The notes under the pieces were generated by a model. That model was not told the origin of the DNA. It saw only the letters and a list, made by a program, of their open reading frames with translations, and ran no database searches. Below are positions 20,467 to 29,460 of a stretch of DNA of 64,000 nt, piece after piece. The stretch is taken from the IMG/VR virus record IMGVR_UViG_3300017970_000189. The stretch is one strand, 5' to 3'. Each line of letters opens with the position of its first letter. The stretch's first letter is position 1. Made by a program: the position numbers and the translations under genes. The stretch comes from an uncultured virus (IMG/VR IMGVR_UViG_3300017970_000189). Lineage: Duplodnaviria > Heunggongvirae > Uroviricota > Caudoviricetes.

Positions 20467-21083
20467 AATAACTCACCCGGAAAATGTATTAAATAATTAT
20501 AGAATGCTAATGTTCGGTCTATAAATTCGAACTCCTCGGGATACTTATCGTAAATTTCTCTGAAAAACAAAAAGTCCTCAATACCCGCTTTGGTTAGATC
20601 ATAACGAAGATCACCAATCAATTTCCTGTGAACAACAAATTGTGAATTATCAATATGGCATGGTCTCATATTCTCATGCTTAGCCCTCAACAACCCGTGG
20701 ATATCCCAGCGTTGCTGATTGAACACAAATGCCTTTTTTTTATCACACCGCCCAAAGGCCTCTTTCATCTCACAAAACAAACCTGGGTGAACAATGTTAT
20801 CATCATCCAAAATATAGACAAACCCATCTTCAATTAAATCAATCCCGTAGTTTTTTTGTTTTATACCAAAACGGGATGAACCTCCCGAAAAGGTAACCAT
20901 CCTAATCTTTATCCCACATGAAGATCTAAGTGCATCATCGATGTAGTTAGGGATACTAATTGGAGCGTCTACAATCATTAACCAACAAACATCAAGATTC
21001 ACGTCACAATTAGATTCCTCCATAGAGGCTAGGATAGTTGGTAAATTATTCAGGCGTGATACTGCTGTCACAACTGTCAACAT
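20463..21083 (-). CDS. GT-A glycosyltransferase (GT43-like DDDN motif)
   Basis: VVTAVSR, WLMIVD, GFVYILDDDNIVHP. Confidence 0.65.
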   Translation of the reverse strand: MLTVVTAVSRLNNLPTILASMEESNCDVNLDVCWLMIVDAPISIPNYIDDALRSSCGIKIRMVTFSGGSSRFGIKQKNYGIDLIEDGFVYILDDDNIVHPGLFCEMKEAFGRCDKKKAFVFNQQRWDIHGLLRAKHENMRPCHIDNSQFVVHRKLIGDLRYDLTKAGIEDFLFFREIYDKYPEEFEFIDRTLAFYNYLIHFPGELL

Positions 21084-21089
21084 GCTTAA

Positions 21090-21881
21090 TTATTTTTCGA
21101 AGTTATCGATATGTTCTCTGATTAACATGACTCTATCTTCTAGGACTTGAACTTCTGGAAGTTTTCCTTTTACAGATTCATATGCATCTGCCATGACCTT
21201 ATTTCCTACGTTCCTAAATTTCTCAATCTCGAAATCCAGTAAACCAAACGCATGCGCATATATCGGGCCGCAGGCATGAAACACTTTCATTCGCGTACAA
21301 AGGCAGCCGAGCCGACCAAGCGACTTCAACTTTCCCCACACAAAACTACCAAGGTAAAAATGACGTTCATAGGGAGCCTCGAGAAGAATCGGCAGAATAC
21401 TTCTCCGGTAAATACTAAACCAACCATCAATAGGTCCATCATAAAGACCATCCTTAAGATTGATATTTACATAGGAATCCATTCCGGGCCTTGCGCCCGT
21501 AGTAAATTCGTCTTGCCAAACATCGGAAACAAGCTGGTCGACATTCTTATTTCTAGCAAATATTTCAAGAGCGATTTCACCTATTCTTTTTGATATAAAC
21601 AACACGTCTTCATCCATCTGCACAATAAAGTCATACTTCGCCTCCAAAAATAGTTCCTTATACGCATTCATCCCGATATTTCCAGGGGTATGACCTACAA
21701 TTCGTACTGGCACCCCGTCTCTTTGTTTCTTCGAGATGTAATTGCGATATTCACCATCCTTATCTAAAAAGTTCATCCACAAAAGAATCTCATAAGGGCG
21801 ACAAGTAGTCTTACGGGACAATTCCTCTATAACAAGCATGCTATAGTCCGGCCGAATACTAACAACGCAATAAGAGATCAT
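21090..21881 (-). CDS. GT2-like glycosyltransferase
   Basis: YEILLW, NIGM, IVQMDEDV. Confidence 0.65.
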   Translation of the reverse strand: MISYCVVSIRPDYSMLVIEELSRKTTCRPYEILLWMNFLDKDGEYRNYISKKQRDGVPVRIVGHTPGNIGMNAYKELFLEAKYDFIVQMDEDVLFISKRIGEIALEIFARNKNVDQLVSDVWQDEFTTGARPGMDSYVNINLKDGLYDGPIDGWFSIYRRSILPILLEAPYERHFYLGSFVWGKLKSLGRLGCLCTRMKVFHACGPIYAHAFGLLDFEIEKFRNVGNKVMADAYESVKGKLPEVQVLEDRVMLIREHIDNFEK

Positions 21882-21941
21882 TTTGGCAATCCCAATAATC
21901 GATAATACAAATGCTGCTTCAGCAAACAGGTAAAACCTGTT

Positions 21942-22673
21942 TCAGCAGGAATTCTTTTGCCGCAAAATCGGATCATGTTCGCAGTAATTCAAAGCCACTT
22001 CCCGGTTGTATGGCCTCGAGAACTGCTCGTGATCCGGCTCGCCTCCCCATTTCCGGATATAGTAGTCCCTCAGATTCCCGGTGATTTGAGCGAACTTCTT
22101 CTCGAGAACCGGATCCGACTTCACCGTCGAGCTCCCCCAGTGGGGAGCTTCACCATGGACAAACTTGAAGTCGGGGATGCCGACGGCCTTCGCTCCGCTC
22201 AACTTCACGCGCCGGAAATGATCCAAGTCTTCATAGTAGGCAGGAAAGAAATTTTCATCGAAGAATCCGACCGTTTTCAGTCCAAGCTCCGTCATGCAGA
22301 AAATCGAGTACCCGTCCGCACAGACGATCGAAACATTTGGATCCTCATCCAAGGCTCTCGAGATCTTCCCCACGTTTCCGGGCATGAATTGGATGTCGTT
22401 TCCGCAGATCAACCAGGGACTGGAAGAAAGAGTCATGATCCGGTTCCAGGATCCGGCGCAGCCCAGGTTCTCATGGGTTTCGGTACGAATCTGCCGAAAC
22501 AGCTTGGAATTGGGAATCTTCTTTTTCTGGATCTGATCGATCGCCTTCGCCACTTCTCCGCTTGTCCCGTTATTGATGATGAAGAGCGTATCAATCGGGT
22601 GATCCACGCTGGCCACGCATCTGAGAAGAAGGTCGCCGCGGTTGACGATCGGGATCCCCAGCGTGCTGATCAT
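21942..22673 (-). CDS. GT2 glycosyltransferase
   Basis: IINNG, NLGCAGSWN, GFFDENFFPAYYEDLD. Confidence 0.8.
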   Translation of the reverse strand: MISTLGIPIVNRGDLLLRCVASVDHPIDTLFIINNGTSGEVAKAIDQIQKKKIPNSKLFRQIRTETHENLGCAGSWNRIMTLSSSPWLICGNDIQFMPGNVGKISRALDEDPNVSIVCADGYSIFCMTELGLKTVGFFDENFFPAYYEDLDHFRRVKLSGAKAVGIPDFKFVHGEAPHWGSSTVKSDPVLEKKFAQITGNLRDYYIRKWGGEPDHEQFSRPYNREVALNYCEHDPILRQKNSC

Positions 22674-23974
22674 CCCTGGCAGAGTTCCTTCAGTCGATCG
22701 ACCACATTCTTGGCCGCCGCATCCCAGGTATACTTCGTTCGGACCAGGTCCTTGTACCGCGAAGCGATGACGAGTGAGCTGTTATACCCGTTCCTCACCA
22801 TCCGAAGGAGGCGAATCAGCTCCAGATGAGACCTCTCCCCAAAATCCGGGAAGGCAATCCCGTCGAACCAGGGAGAAATCTCCTTCGCGCTCGGGAACAC
22901 TGTCGTATGGTCCGAATTGAAGAGGAATCCACAGCCCTCCGGAATCAAGTCTCCATGGGCGGACGTCCGGGGCGCGATCACGGGGAGCCCACAAGCCGCC
23001 GCTTCCATGAGCGGAAGATTCCAGCCCTCGCCCCGTGAAGCGCATACGTAGACCTGGCAGGCCCGGTACACCGCTGCCAGATCCTTTTCCGACAGCGAAG
23101 CATTGAGCAGCCAGATCCTGGGCTTCAAACTCTTGTCCGGTGTGAAGAGCGAAGATGAATGCGCCGTCGAAGCGATGATAAGACCCGTCTCCGGATCCGA
23201 CCCGAAAGCCTCCCCGAAAGCCTCGATCACCACCTCGATCCCCTTCCGGAAGCTCGGCTGGCAGACATAGATGAACAGGAATCCGGTCGGAAACTCGTAC
23301 TTCCCCGCCCCGCTGCCGGTCAACCGATAGGCCTTCGGCATGTACGCATGTCCGCCGGGATAATACACATCCGGATCGATCCCGAGCGGCATCACCCGGA
23401 TCGGCAGTGTGAGACCGCTCTTCTTAAACGTGTTGGCATTCCACTGGGTCGGCGTCCAGCATTCCTGGTATTGCTGGCTCATGACCTTGATCATGTCCGG
23501 ATGCACGACCTCGGTCTCCATCATCGTGTAGATCACGCGGTAACCAGCTCGTGATTCGCTCCGGGGAGGATGGAACGTCACCTGCGGCGCGCGATCGTCG
23601 ATCGTACTGGCCCGAAGAGCCCGGAGCAGTTCCAGCGCCTCGGGATTCTTCTCCGATGCATCCCAAGGAGAGTCCATGGAAAAGGACAACTTAACCCCTT
23701 TCATCGCCCTTCTCAGGATCTCCCGGTTCGCCTTCGCGTACCCGGAATATCCGTGGATCACGCCAGCCCACATAGCCTGGGGAGTCAGCTTCGGCAACGG
23801 CCCCGTATTTTTCTTTGGGAACAAAATGGGCGTCGGCCCTTTCCCGAGCCCCCCCTGCCTCATCTCCTTGATGCCCTGGATCTGATTCTCCACCGGTCCG
23901 AGAGTAGAATCCTGGCTCGGTCCCAAAGCCCCGTGCTTCCGAGGCATGTTCGAAAAACCGCCGAAAATGCCCAT
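22670..23974 (-). CDS. GT4 glycosyltransferase
   Basis: SGYA, RKGIE, SRGEGWNLPLMEAAACGLPVI; start reassigned to MGIFGGF. Confidence 0.88.
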   Translation of the reverse strand: MGIFGGFSNMPRKHGALGPSQDSTLGPVENQIQGIKEMRQGGLGKGPTPILFPKKNTGPLPKLTPQAMWAGVIHGYSGYAKANREILRRAMKGVKLSFSMDSPWDASEKNPEALELLRALRASTIDDRAPQVTFHPPRSESRAGYRVIYTMMETEVVHPDMIKVMSQQYQECWTPTQWNANTFKKSGLTLPIRVMPLGIDPDVYYPGGHAYMPKAYRLTGSGAGKYEFPTGFLFIYVCQPSFRKGIEVVIEAFGEAFGSDPETGLIIASTAHSSSLFTPDKSLKPRIWLLNASLSEKDLAAVYRACQVYVCASRGEGWNLPLMEAAACGLPVIAPRTSAHGDLIPEGCGFLFNSDHTTVFPSAKEISPWFDGIAFPDFGERSHLELIRLLRMVRNGYNSSLVIASRYKDLVRTKYTWDAAAKNVVDRLKELCQG

Positions 23975-23976
23975 CC

Positions 23977-25005
23977 TCACCCTCTCAGGGGCATTCCCAC
24001 CAGGGTCCGCAGCCATTTATCCTTGAGCGCCTTCCAGGAATAACTCTCTTCCACCCTCCGTCTCGCCTGCTTCGAAAGATCCCGGATATCCCGTCCCATG
24101 ACTCCCCCGACCGTCTTTTTGATCTCCTCCACGGAAGGAACGTACGTGGTGATCTCCTTGCCGGACAATTGCACCCTCCTGATCTCCTGGATCTGTATCG
24201 GCAGATCCGGCGCGATCTCGTTCATCGGCGGGCCGTCCATGGCGATCACCGGCATCCCCGAAGCCTGAGCCTCGAGCATCGTGACCCCTATCCCCTCATA
24301 TCGGGAAGGCTGAAGCGCGATATCGAAACCCGTGAATAAATCAGCCGGCTCGGGCAGATTCCCGATCTCGATTTTCGACATCGGAGGATAAGCGCTCTCT
24401 CCTGGAGGGAAAGGATCGCACTGGGCCCGGATCACAAGCTCCGGCGGCGTATTCATCGTCTTCCAGGCCTTCAGGATCTCCCCCAGCGACCGCCTCTGCT
24501 CGGGACCCCCGTATCCATAGACCGACAGGAATCTCAGGGCGTTCTTCCTCTCCGTAAACCGGATCCTTTCCGTATCCACGGGAACCGGCAGCAGCGTCGA
24601 CTTGAGTCCCACCTCCTCCAGATGCAGCTTGCAAAACCGATTGGGAGACACGAGCGTCGCGAGTTTCAGGTAATCCTTGTACTTGGGATCGAAATAATCC
24701 CAATGCACCACATGGACCCAGTGGATGCCCGCAGACTTCCACATCGTCGGGAACATCCAGTCCCCCGGCAGCTCCCAGGTCAGCACGACATCCGGCCGAT
24801 GCTCCCGCAGGAATCCATGCATCTCCGCATGCGGGCTTTGGCCGTTCGCCTGATACACCGGGATCCTGGAAAGAAGATCTGCTCGAGAGGGCTTGTTCGG
24901 ACTTGGCAAAATATACGCCGATCCCACCGGCAGATTCCTGACCGCATCGATCAGCTCCCTGCCGATGCCCGAATCCGTCGCCCAACCGGCTACCGCGAGT
25001 CTCAT
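23977..25005 (-). CDS. GT4 glycosyltransferase
   Basis: PSRYEGIGVTMLEAQASGMPVI. Confidence 0.88.
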   Translation of the reverse strand: MRLAVAGWATDSGIGRELIDAVRNLPVGSAYILPSPNKPSRADLLSRIPVYQANGQSPHAEMHGFLREHRPDVVLTWELPGDWMFPTMWKSAGIHWVHVVHWDYFDPKYKDYLKLATLVSPNRFCKLHLEEVGLKSTLLPVPVDTERIRFTERKNALRFLSVYGYGGPEQRRSLGEILKAWKTMNTPPELVIRAQCDPFPPGESAYPPMSKIEIGNLPEPADLFTGFDIALQPSRYEGIGVTMLEAQASGMPVIAMDGPPMNEIAPDLPIQIQEIRRVQLSGKEITTYVPSVEEIKKTVGGVMGRDIRDLSKQARRRVEESYSWKALKDKWLRTLVGMPLRG

Positions 25006-26027
25006 CGCTCGTTCCCATTCGCCAGATGCCAGGCCACCGTCTCCTTGAGCCCTTCCGCAAGCTTCGTCTCCGGCTCCCAGTCGAGAAGATCCCTGGCCTG
25101 CGTCCCATCCAGGACCCCGTACTTCCTCCCCTCTGGCTTCGATTCATTCCACAGGATCGTCCCCTCATACCCCACAAGCTTCGCAATCAAGGATGCCGTC
25201 TCCCCGACCGTCCGCTCCTCCGGTCCGGGCAGATTGACCGGCTCGTCCTGATCGAGCTGGGCGGCGGCGATCGCCACTGCTCTCGCCGCATCGGCGGCAA
25301 ACAGGAACGACCGGACCGCCTTTCCCGTCCCCCAAAGCGTCACCTGCGGGATCTTCTTGCTCTTTGCCTCCATAAACATATTGATCAAGGAAGGAATCAC
25401 GCTAGAAACGACCCCATGAAACAAATCTCCGGGTCCGTAAAGATTGCTCGGAATGAGATAGGCAAACCTGAGCTGATACTCCTGCCGGTAAGCCTGCGCG
25501 AGCGCAAGGAGCGTGCGCTTGGCGATCCCGAGCGGCGCCGCCGCCGGCTCGGGAAACCCACTCCAAATCTGCTCCTCCGAAAGCGCCTCGACCTCCTCTG
25601 CTTCCGGATAGCTCGCGATCGATCCCATCGCGACCAGCTTCACCCTTCCCACCGCTGCCGCATGGGTGACGTTCATCCCCATGAGCAGATTGTCCCTGAG
25701 AAACGTCGCCGGCCGACCCAGGATCGCCCCGATCCCTCCCACCAGACCCGCCAGATGCACCAGAATATCCGGCTGCATCTCGAGCACCGCCTGGAGAGCC
25801 TCCCCCTCGTTCCGGAGATCGTAGCCGCTCCGCCTCGAGATCGGAATCGTCGCCGCTCCCGCCTCTCCCAGGGCCGCCATCACGTAACGCCCGAAAAAAC
25901 CGTTCGCTCCCGTCACCACCACCCGGGCGCCGGAAAGATCCACCTTCCTCTCCTCCGACCTCTCCCGCGGCTGCTCCTCCGCCGGCTTCTGGACCTGCTT
26001 ATTCCGTTTCGTCGCTGAGGTGCTCAT
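25002..26027 (-). CDS. NAD-dependent epimerase/reductase (GDP-L-fucose synthase-like)
   Basis: TGANGFFG, HLAGLVGGI, PSNLYGPGD, WGTGKAVRSF; catalytic YxxxK appears as LGIAK. Confidence 0.8.
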   Translation of the reverse strand: MSTSATKRNKQVQKPAEEQPRERSEERKVDLSGARVVVTGANGFFGRYVMAALGEAGAATIPISRRSGYDLRNEGEALQAVLEMQPDILVHLAGLVGGIGAILGRPATFLRDNLLMGMNVTHAAAVGRVKLVAMGSIASYPEAEEVEALSEEQIWSGFPEPAAAPLGIAKRTLLALAQAYRQEYQLRFAYLIPSNLYGPGDLFHGVVSSVIPSLINMFMEAKSKKIPQVTLWGTGKAVRSFLFAADAARAVAIAAAQLDQDEPVNLPGPEERTVGETASLIAKLVGYEGTILWNESKPEGRKYGVLDGTQARDLLDWEPETKLAEGLKETVAWHLANGNER

Positions 26028-26047
26028 GGAATGCCTCTTTCAGAGAC

Positions 26048-26446
26048 TCACACATCCAAGCCATGCGAAAGTTTTTCCACAAGAACATGAACAAAATAGC
26101 TAAACGCCACCGCCGCCAAACTGTCCATGACCATCGCCTCCCACCAGATCGGCACCAGAGCCCGGGAAGGAGACAGGATGAACGCCGAAAACGCCATCCC
26201 GATGTAAAACGAAATGCACGGCGGACAATAGAAGATATCCCCGAAGAATGGAATCCTCCCCAGGAACCTCCGATGCTCCTTCGGATGCCCTTCCTTCTTC
26301 AGGATCTCATCGCAGGAACAGTCGGCCACCGGACAATCCTTCTTCTTGCAGTAGCCGATCCCGAAGAAATACTGCCCGAACTTGAGCACCGTAAGCGCGC
26401 TGGCCAGGCCATAGACGGCCAACAGGAAGACGACGAGCGCGAGCAT
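26048..26446 (-). CDS. membrane protein, DUF1360-like (CxxC)
   Basis: TM segments; FGDIFYCPPCISFYIG. Confidence 0.6.
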   Translation of the reverse strand: MLALVVFLLAVYGLASALTVLKFGQYFFGIGYCKKKDCPVADCSCDEILKKEGHPKEHRRFLGRIPFFGDIFYCPPCISFYIGMAFSAFILSPSRALVPIWWEAMVMDSLAAVAFSYFVHVLVEKLSHGLDV

Positions 26447-26461
26447 CCGCTCCCCCTCCCT

Positions 26462-26857
26462 CTACTTCGCGTGAGCCGGAGCCCCCGAGGTTGCCGCCGG
26501 CGTGGCCCCTCCCCCGATCAGCTTCCCCTTCTCTCTTGCGTCGTCGACCATCTTGTTCCACTCTTCGTTCGAGATATCCCCCTTGAGGGGCACCGCGGTC
26601 TTCAGCACCTGCCGGCCGGTCGCTGCTTGAAGATCCTTCGCGATCGCCATGATGAAATCGACCGCATTCACGTTCTCCAGCAGCGTCTTCTCGTCCTCGG
26701 CGAAGATGCAGTACCCGTTGATGTTCGGGAAGTTGATCGAGGTCGCGATCGCCGCCATGTGCGAAACGCTCTCCTGGTTGATCGCGCGCACGGGCAGCTT
26801 GACATCCCCGGTTCCGGGAACCTTGAGGATCACGTAGAAAAGCTTGTTGTCAGGCAT
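26462..26857 (-). CDS. hypothetical protein
   Basis: SD aaggag. Confidence 0.65.
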   Translation of the reverse strand: MPDNKLFYVILKVPGTGDVKLPVRAINQESVSHMAAIATSINFPNINGYCIFAEDEKTLLENVNAVDFIMAIAKDLQAATGRQVLKTAVPLKGDISNEEWNKMVDDAREKGKLIGGGATPAATSGAPAHAK

Positions 26858-26869
26858 CTTTCATTCTCC

Positions 26870-27331
26870 TTATTGCTGGGGCTTGGGTGCTGAAGGAATC
26901 GCGCTTCCCGTCAGCTCCGGAGCGGGCATCGCAACCGGGATCGAAACTCCCATCGGCTGCACCGGTTCGGCCATGGTCACCGGCCGGGGCTCCTCGCGGT
27001 TCCCATTCCCGTGCATCGAAAGCTTGACCCGGAGCATCATCGTCTCTTCCTGGAGCTTGTCATACTCCGCCTGAAGCCGAGTCAGGGACCGGAGCAGGGA
27101 CTGCTTGTCGCTTTCCAGCTCCTTGATGTGCTGGGCAGTCGATCTCCGGAGATTGTCCAGGTTCTCCACACCCCGCCTCTTCTCCTCGTTCACCCGGCGC
27201 TCCGCGGTCCGGTTGGCTTCCAGGATCGAATGATTCGCCTGGACCAGGCGATCCAGAAGCTCCTGTTGGGAAAGCTTCTTGAAATCCTGCATGGACGGCA
27301 CCGGGGCTCCGGAATCTGGCTGCTGCGTCAT
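26870..27331 (-). CDS. coiled-coil protein
   Basis: SD gagga before ATG 27331; heptad pattern. Confidence 0.65.
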   Translation of the reverse strand: MTQQPDSGAPVPSMQDFKKLSQQELLDRLVQANHSILEANRTAERRVNEEKRRGVENLDNLRRSTAQHIKELESDKQSLLRSLTRLQAEYDKLQEETMMLRVKLSMHGNGNREEPRPVTMAEPVQPMGVSIPVAMPAPELTGSAIPSAPKPQQ

Positions 27332-27335
27332 TTCC

Positions 27336-27836
27336 TCACGCCTTTTGGGCGCCCTTCTTGATCTCTTCCAATTCCCCATGCAACCGCGACACGATCGAAA
27401 GGAGATTCCGATTCTCGGCCTCGAGCTGGGTGATCCTGGATTCCGCAAGCATGAGCCTCTCCACGCGCACCAGGAAGGCCAGGCGCTCATGGGAGATCTC
27501 CGCTGTGCCCGCACCCACTCCTCCCGCCACAGCACCGGTGCCTGTTGCTACGCCTTTATCGACGTCTCCCGCCACGCCGCCGCTCGCACCTGGACTATCG
27601 ACCGCGGGCTTTATCGATGGCCTTAAAGGCGGCAAATACCCGGGATGCATCCCGGTCATCTCAATGACGTCATGCGGGACCTTCGGCACTTCCCGAGCAC
27701 GCCGGGGCACGATCGGAGTGAAACTGACAACCTTCCCTAATTGAGGCTCTAAAGGTGCCGTGATCGGAATATCCGAGCCCGAGCCCGACGGAATAAAGGC
27801 CCTATTATCCGATGGCGCCATCCTGGGTTCGCCCAT
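27336..27836 (-). CDS. hypothetical protein with C-terminal coiled coil
   Basis: RITQLEAENRNLLSIVSRL, similar to the C-terminus of 27846..28469. Confidence 0.65.
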   Translation of the reverse strand: MGEPRMAPSDNRAFIPSGSGSDIPITAPLEPQLGKVVSFTPIVPRRAREVPKVPHDVIEMTGMHPGYLPPLRPSIKPAVDSPGASGGVAGDVDKGVATGTGAVAGGVGAGTAEISHERLAFLVRVERLMLAESRITQLEAENRNLLSIVSRLHGELEEIKKGAQKA

Positions 27837-27845
27837 GATCTCCCC

Positions 27846-28469
27846 CTATTTCTTCGCTTTGAGGACCTTGTTCTCGGCCGCCAGGCGCGCCACGATCCCG
27901 AGCAGCACCGCGTTCTCGGCCTCGAGCTCGGCGATCCTGGGACTCTGGTCGACCACGATGGGCTCATGCTTGGGCAGTTCCACCACGGGAGGCGCCGGCG
28001 GCAGGTGGATCACGACGGGGTTTTCCCGAGACCTCTCGGCGATCTCTTCCTGGATCGGACCCGGGCGAAGCTCCTGGATCGACCTCAAAAGCGGACCCGG
28101 GACCTGCCCCTTCAACGGAACTGACCTTTGCATGTCCGACTCCCGCTTCCTCTCCATGTTCGATGCCAGATCCAAAGGATTGGGCAGGTGGTCAGGCATC
28201 ATCCCCACTACCTTAACCGTCCCTTGGTCTGCCGAAAATCGGCTGGCTGAAAGAATCGGCTGGCCCCGGACAATCTTGGAATCCATCATCGACATGCTCG
28301 CTTCTGCTTCCCGGTTCCTGGTTCCCAGCTTCGTCTGCATGGCCAGGGTATCCACGAAAGCCACCTCGGTCTTGTCCGAAAGCTTCGGAGTCTCCCCCAC
28401 CCGGACCGGGACCTCGGTGCGCCCGGTCGGCTCGAAGGCTGCCAGACGCTCCGCTGTGTCTCTCATCAT
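27846..28469 (-). CDS. hypothetical protein with C-terminal coiled coil
   Basis: RIAELEAENAVLLGIVARL; SD ggagg. Confidence 0.65.
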   Translation of the reverse strand: MMRDTAERLAAFEPTGRTEVPVRVGETPKLSDKTEVAFVDTLAMQTKLGTRNREAEASMSMMDSKIVRGQPILSASRFSADQGTVKVVGMMPDHLPNPLDLASNMERKRESDMQRSVPLKGQVPGPLLRSIQELRPGPIQEEIAERSRENPVVIHLPPAPPVVELPKHEPIVVDQSPRIAELEAENAVLLGIVARLAAENKVLKAKK

Positions 28470-28474
28470 CCCTC

Positions 28475-29005
28475 CTAGAGAATCCCGTTGTCCTTGGCGA
28501 ACTGTGCCAGCGCCTTTGCTACCGACCCCTTAAGCACCGTCTGCTGGCCCAGGATCCTGAGCACCAGGCCCGGATCCTCCGCATCCTCCAGGTATTCCAA
28601 GGCCCCGAGCTCCCCCAGAATCGGCGCCACGATCGACGTCGCCCGGTCCCCCTGCTTCCGCGGCCGCCGGGTGACCTCCGGCTTCACCTTCTCGAACATC
28701 GTCACGCCCTTCCACTTCACCGGATGGCCCCTGCAGAGCCACGCGCCGGTCCCGTGGTTGACCAGGTTCTGGCAGCAGGGATTGAGCACGAGGCAGACCC
28801 CGTCCTCTTCCGTCTCGAACACATGAATGACCTGGAATTCGTTCGGCCACCCTACCGAATAGAGCCTCCTGGCCGACAAGAGCCTCGGGCCTACCTTGAT
28901 GCCCTTTTCCGTGAGGCCCACGATATCTCCGGGCTTGAAGTCCTCCAGAGACCGTTCCTTCTTCACCCCGTCCTGGACGTTCCCGTGCCCATTCGACTTG
29001 CTCAT
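28475..29005 (-). CDS. hypothetical protein
   Basis: ATGA overlap start at 29005. Confidence 0.6.
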   Translation of the reverse strand: MSKSNGHGNVQDGVKKERSLEDFKPGDIVGLTEKGIKVGPRLLSARRLYSVGWPNEFQVIHVFETEEDGVCLVLNPCCQNLVNHGTGAWLCRGHPVKWKGVTMFEKVKPEVTRRPRKQGDRATSIVAPILGELGALEYLEDAEDPGLVLRILGQQTVLKGSVAKALAQFAKDNGIL

Positions 29006-29355
29006 GAGGCCTTCTCCTCGACCTTCACGCCGTCCACCTTGAGGAGACGGCGAAGCGTCTCGTCGATCGAATCGTTCCACTTCGCCTTGCTCGCCAGATA
29101 GTCCCTAAGATATTGGCTTACCTTGACCGTCGTCATGACAGAGGATTTCCGCACATTATAGTGGTTCTTGCGGAGCTTCCCTTTGGGCGGAAACTGACCC
29201 GGCACTATCTTGAGGCCGAGGAGCCGCCGGATCGTTCGGTCGATGGGTTCGTTGAGATCCGTGCTTTCCGCAAGGAAATCGCGGACAGGCTTGGAGACTT
29301 TGATCGTTACCGTGGATTTCTGCGCCGCTGGCGCAGAACCGTTCGATTGACCCAT
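29002..29355 (-). CDS. tandem ribbon-helix-helix-like DNA-binding protein
   Basis: two copies of T(I/V)KVSxxxRD(F/Y)LA...IDxT(I/L)RRLL; first gene after a promoter. Confidence 0.6.
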   Translation of the reverse strand: MGQSNGSAPAAQKSTVTIKVSKPVRDFLAESTDLNEPIDRTIRRLLGLKIVPGQFPPKGKLRKNHYNVRKSSVMTTVKVSQYLRDYLASKAKWNDSIDETLRRLLKVDGVKVEEKAS

Positions 29356-29399
29356 TCCGCTCCCCCCTGATTACCCCTGGTTCACTCGGAAGTAGACAG

Positions 29400-29429
29400 A
29401 GTTTACTCCGAAACTATGGGTAATGTCAA
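29400..29429 (-). promoter_or_regulatory. sigma70-like promoter
   Basis: TTGACA-18 nt-TAAACT. Confidence 0.55.
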
Positions 29430-29460
29430 ACAATTCGAGACAGGACTATCCGGACGGTCT

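Noticed and set aside
5776..26018. Long + strand ORFs (e.g. 5776..7038, 6855..7937, 10950..12143, 25026..26018)
   Set aside because: Antisense shadows of GC-rich - strand genes that have clear family motifs; no motifs of their own
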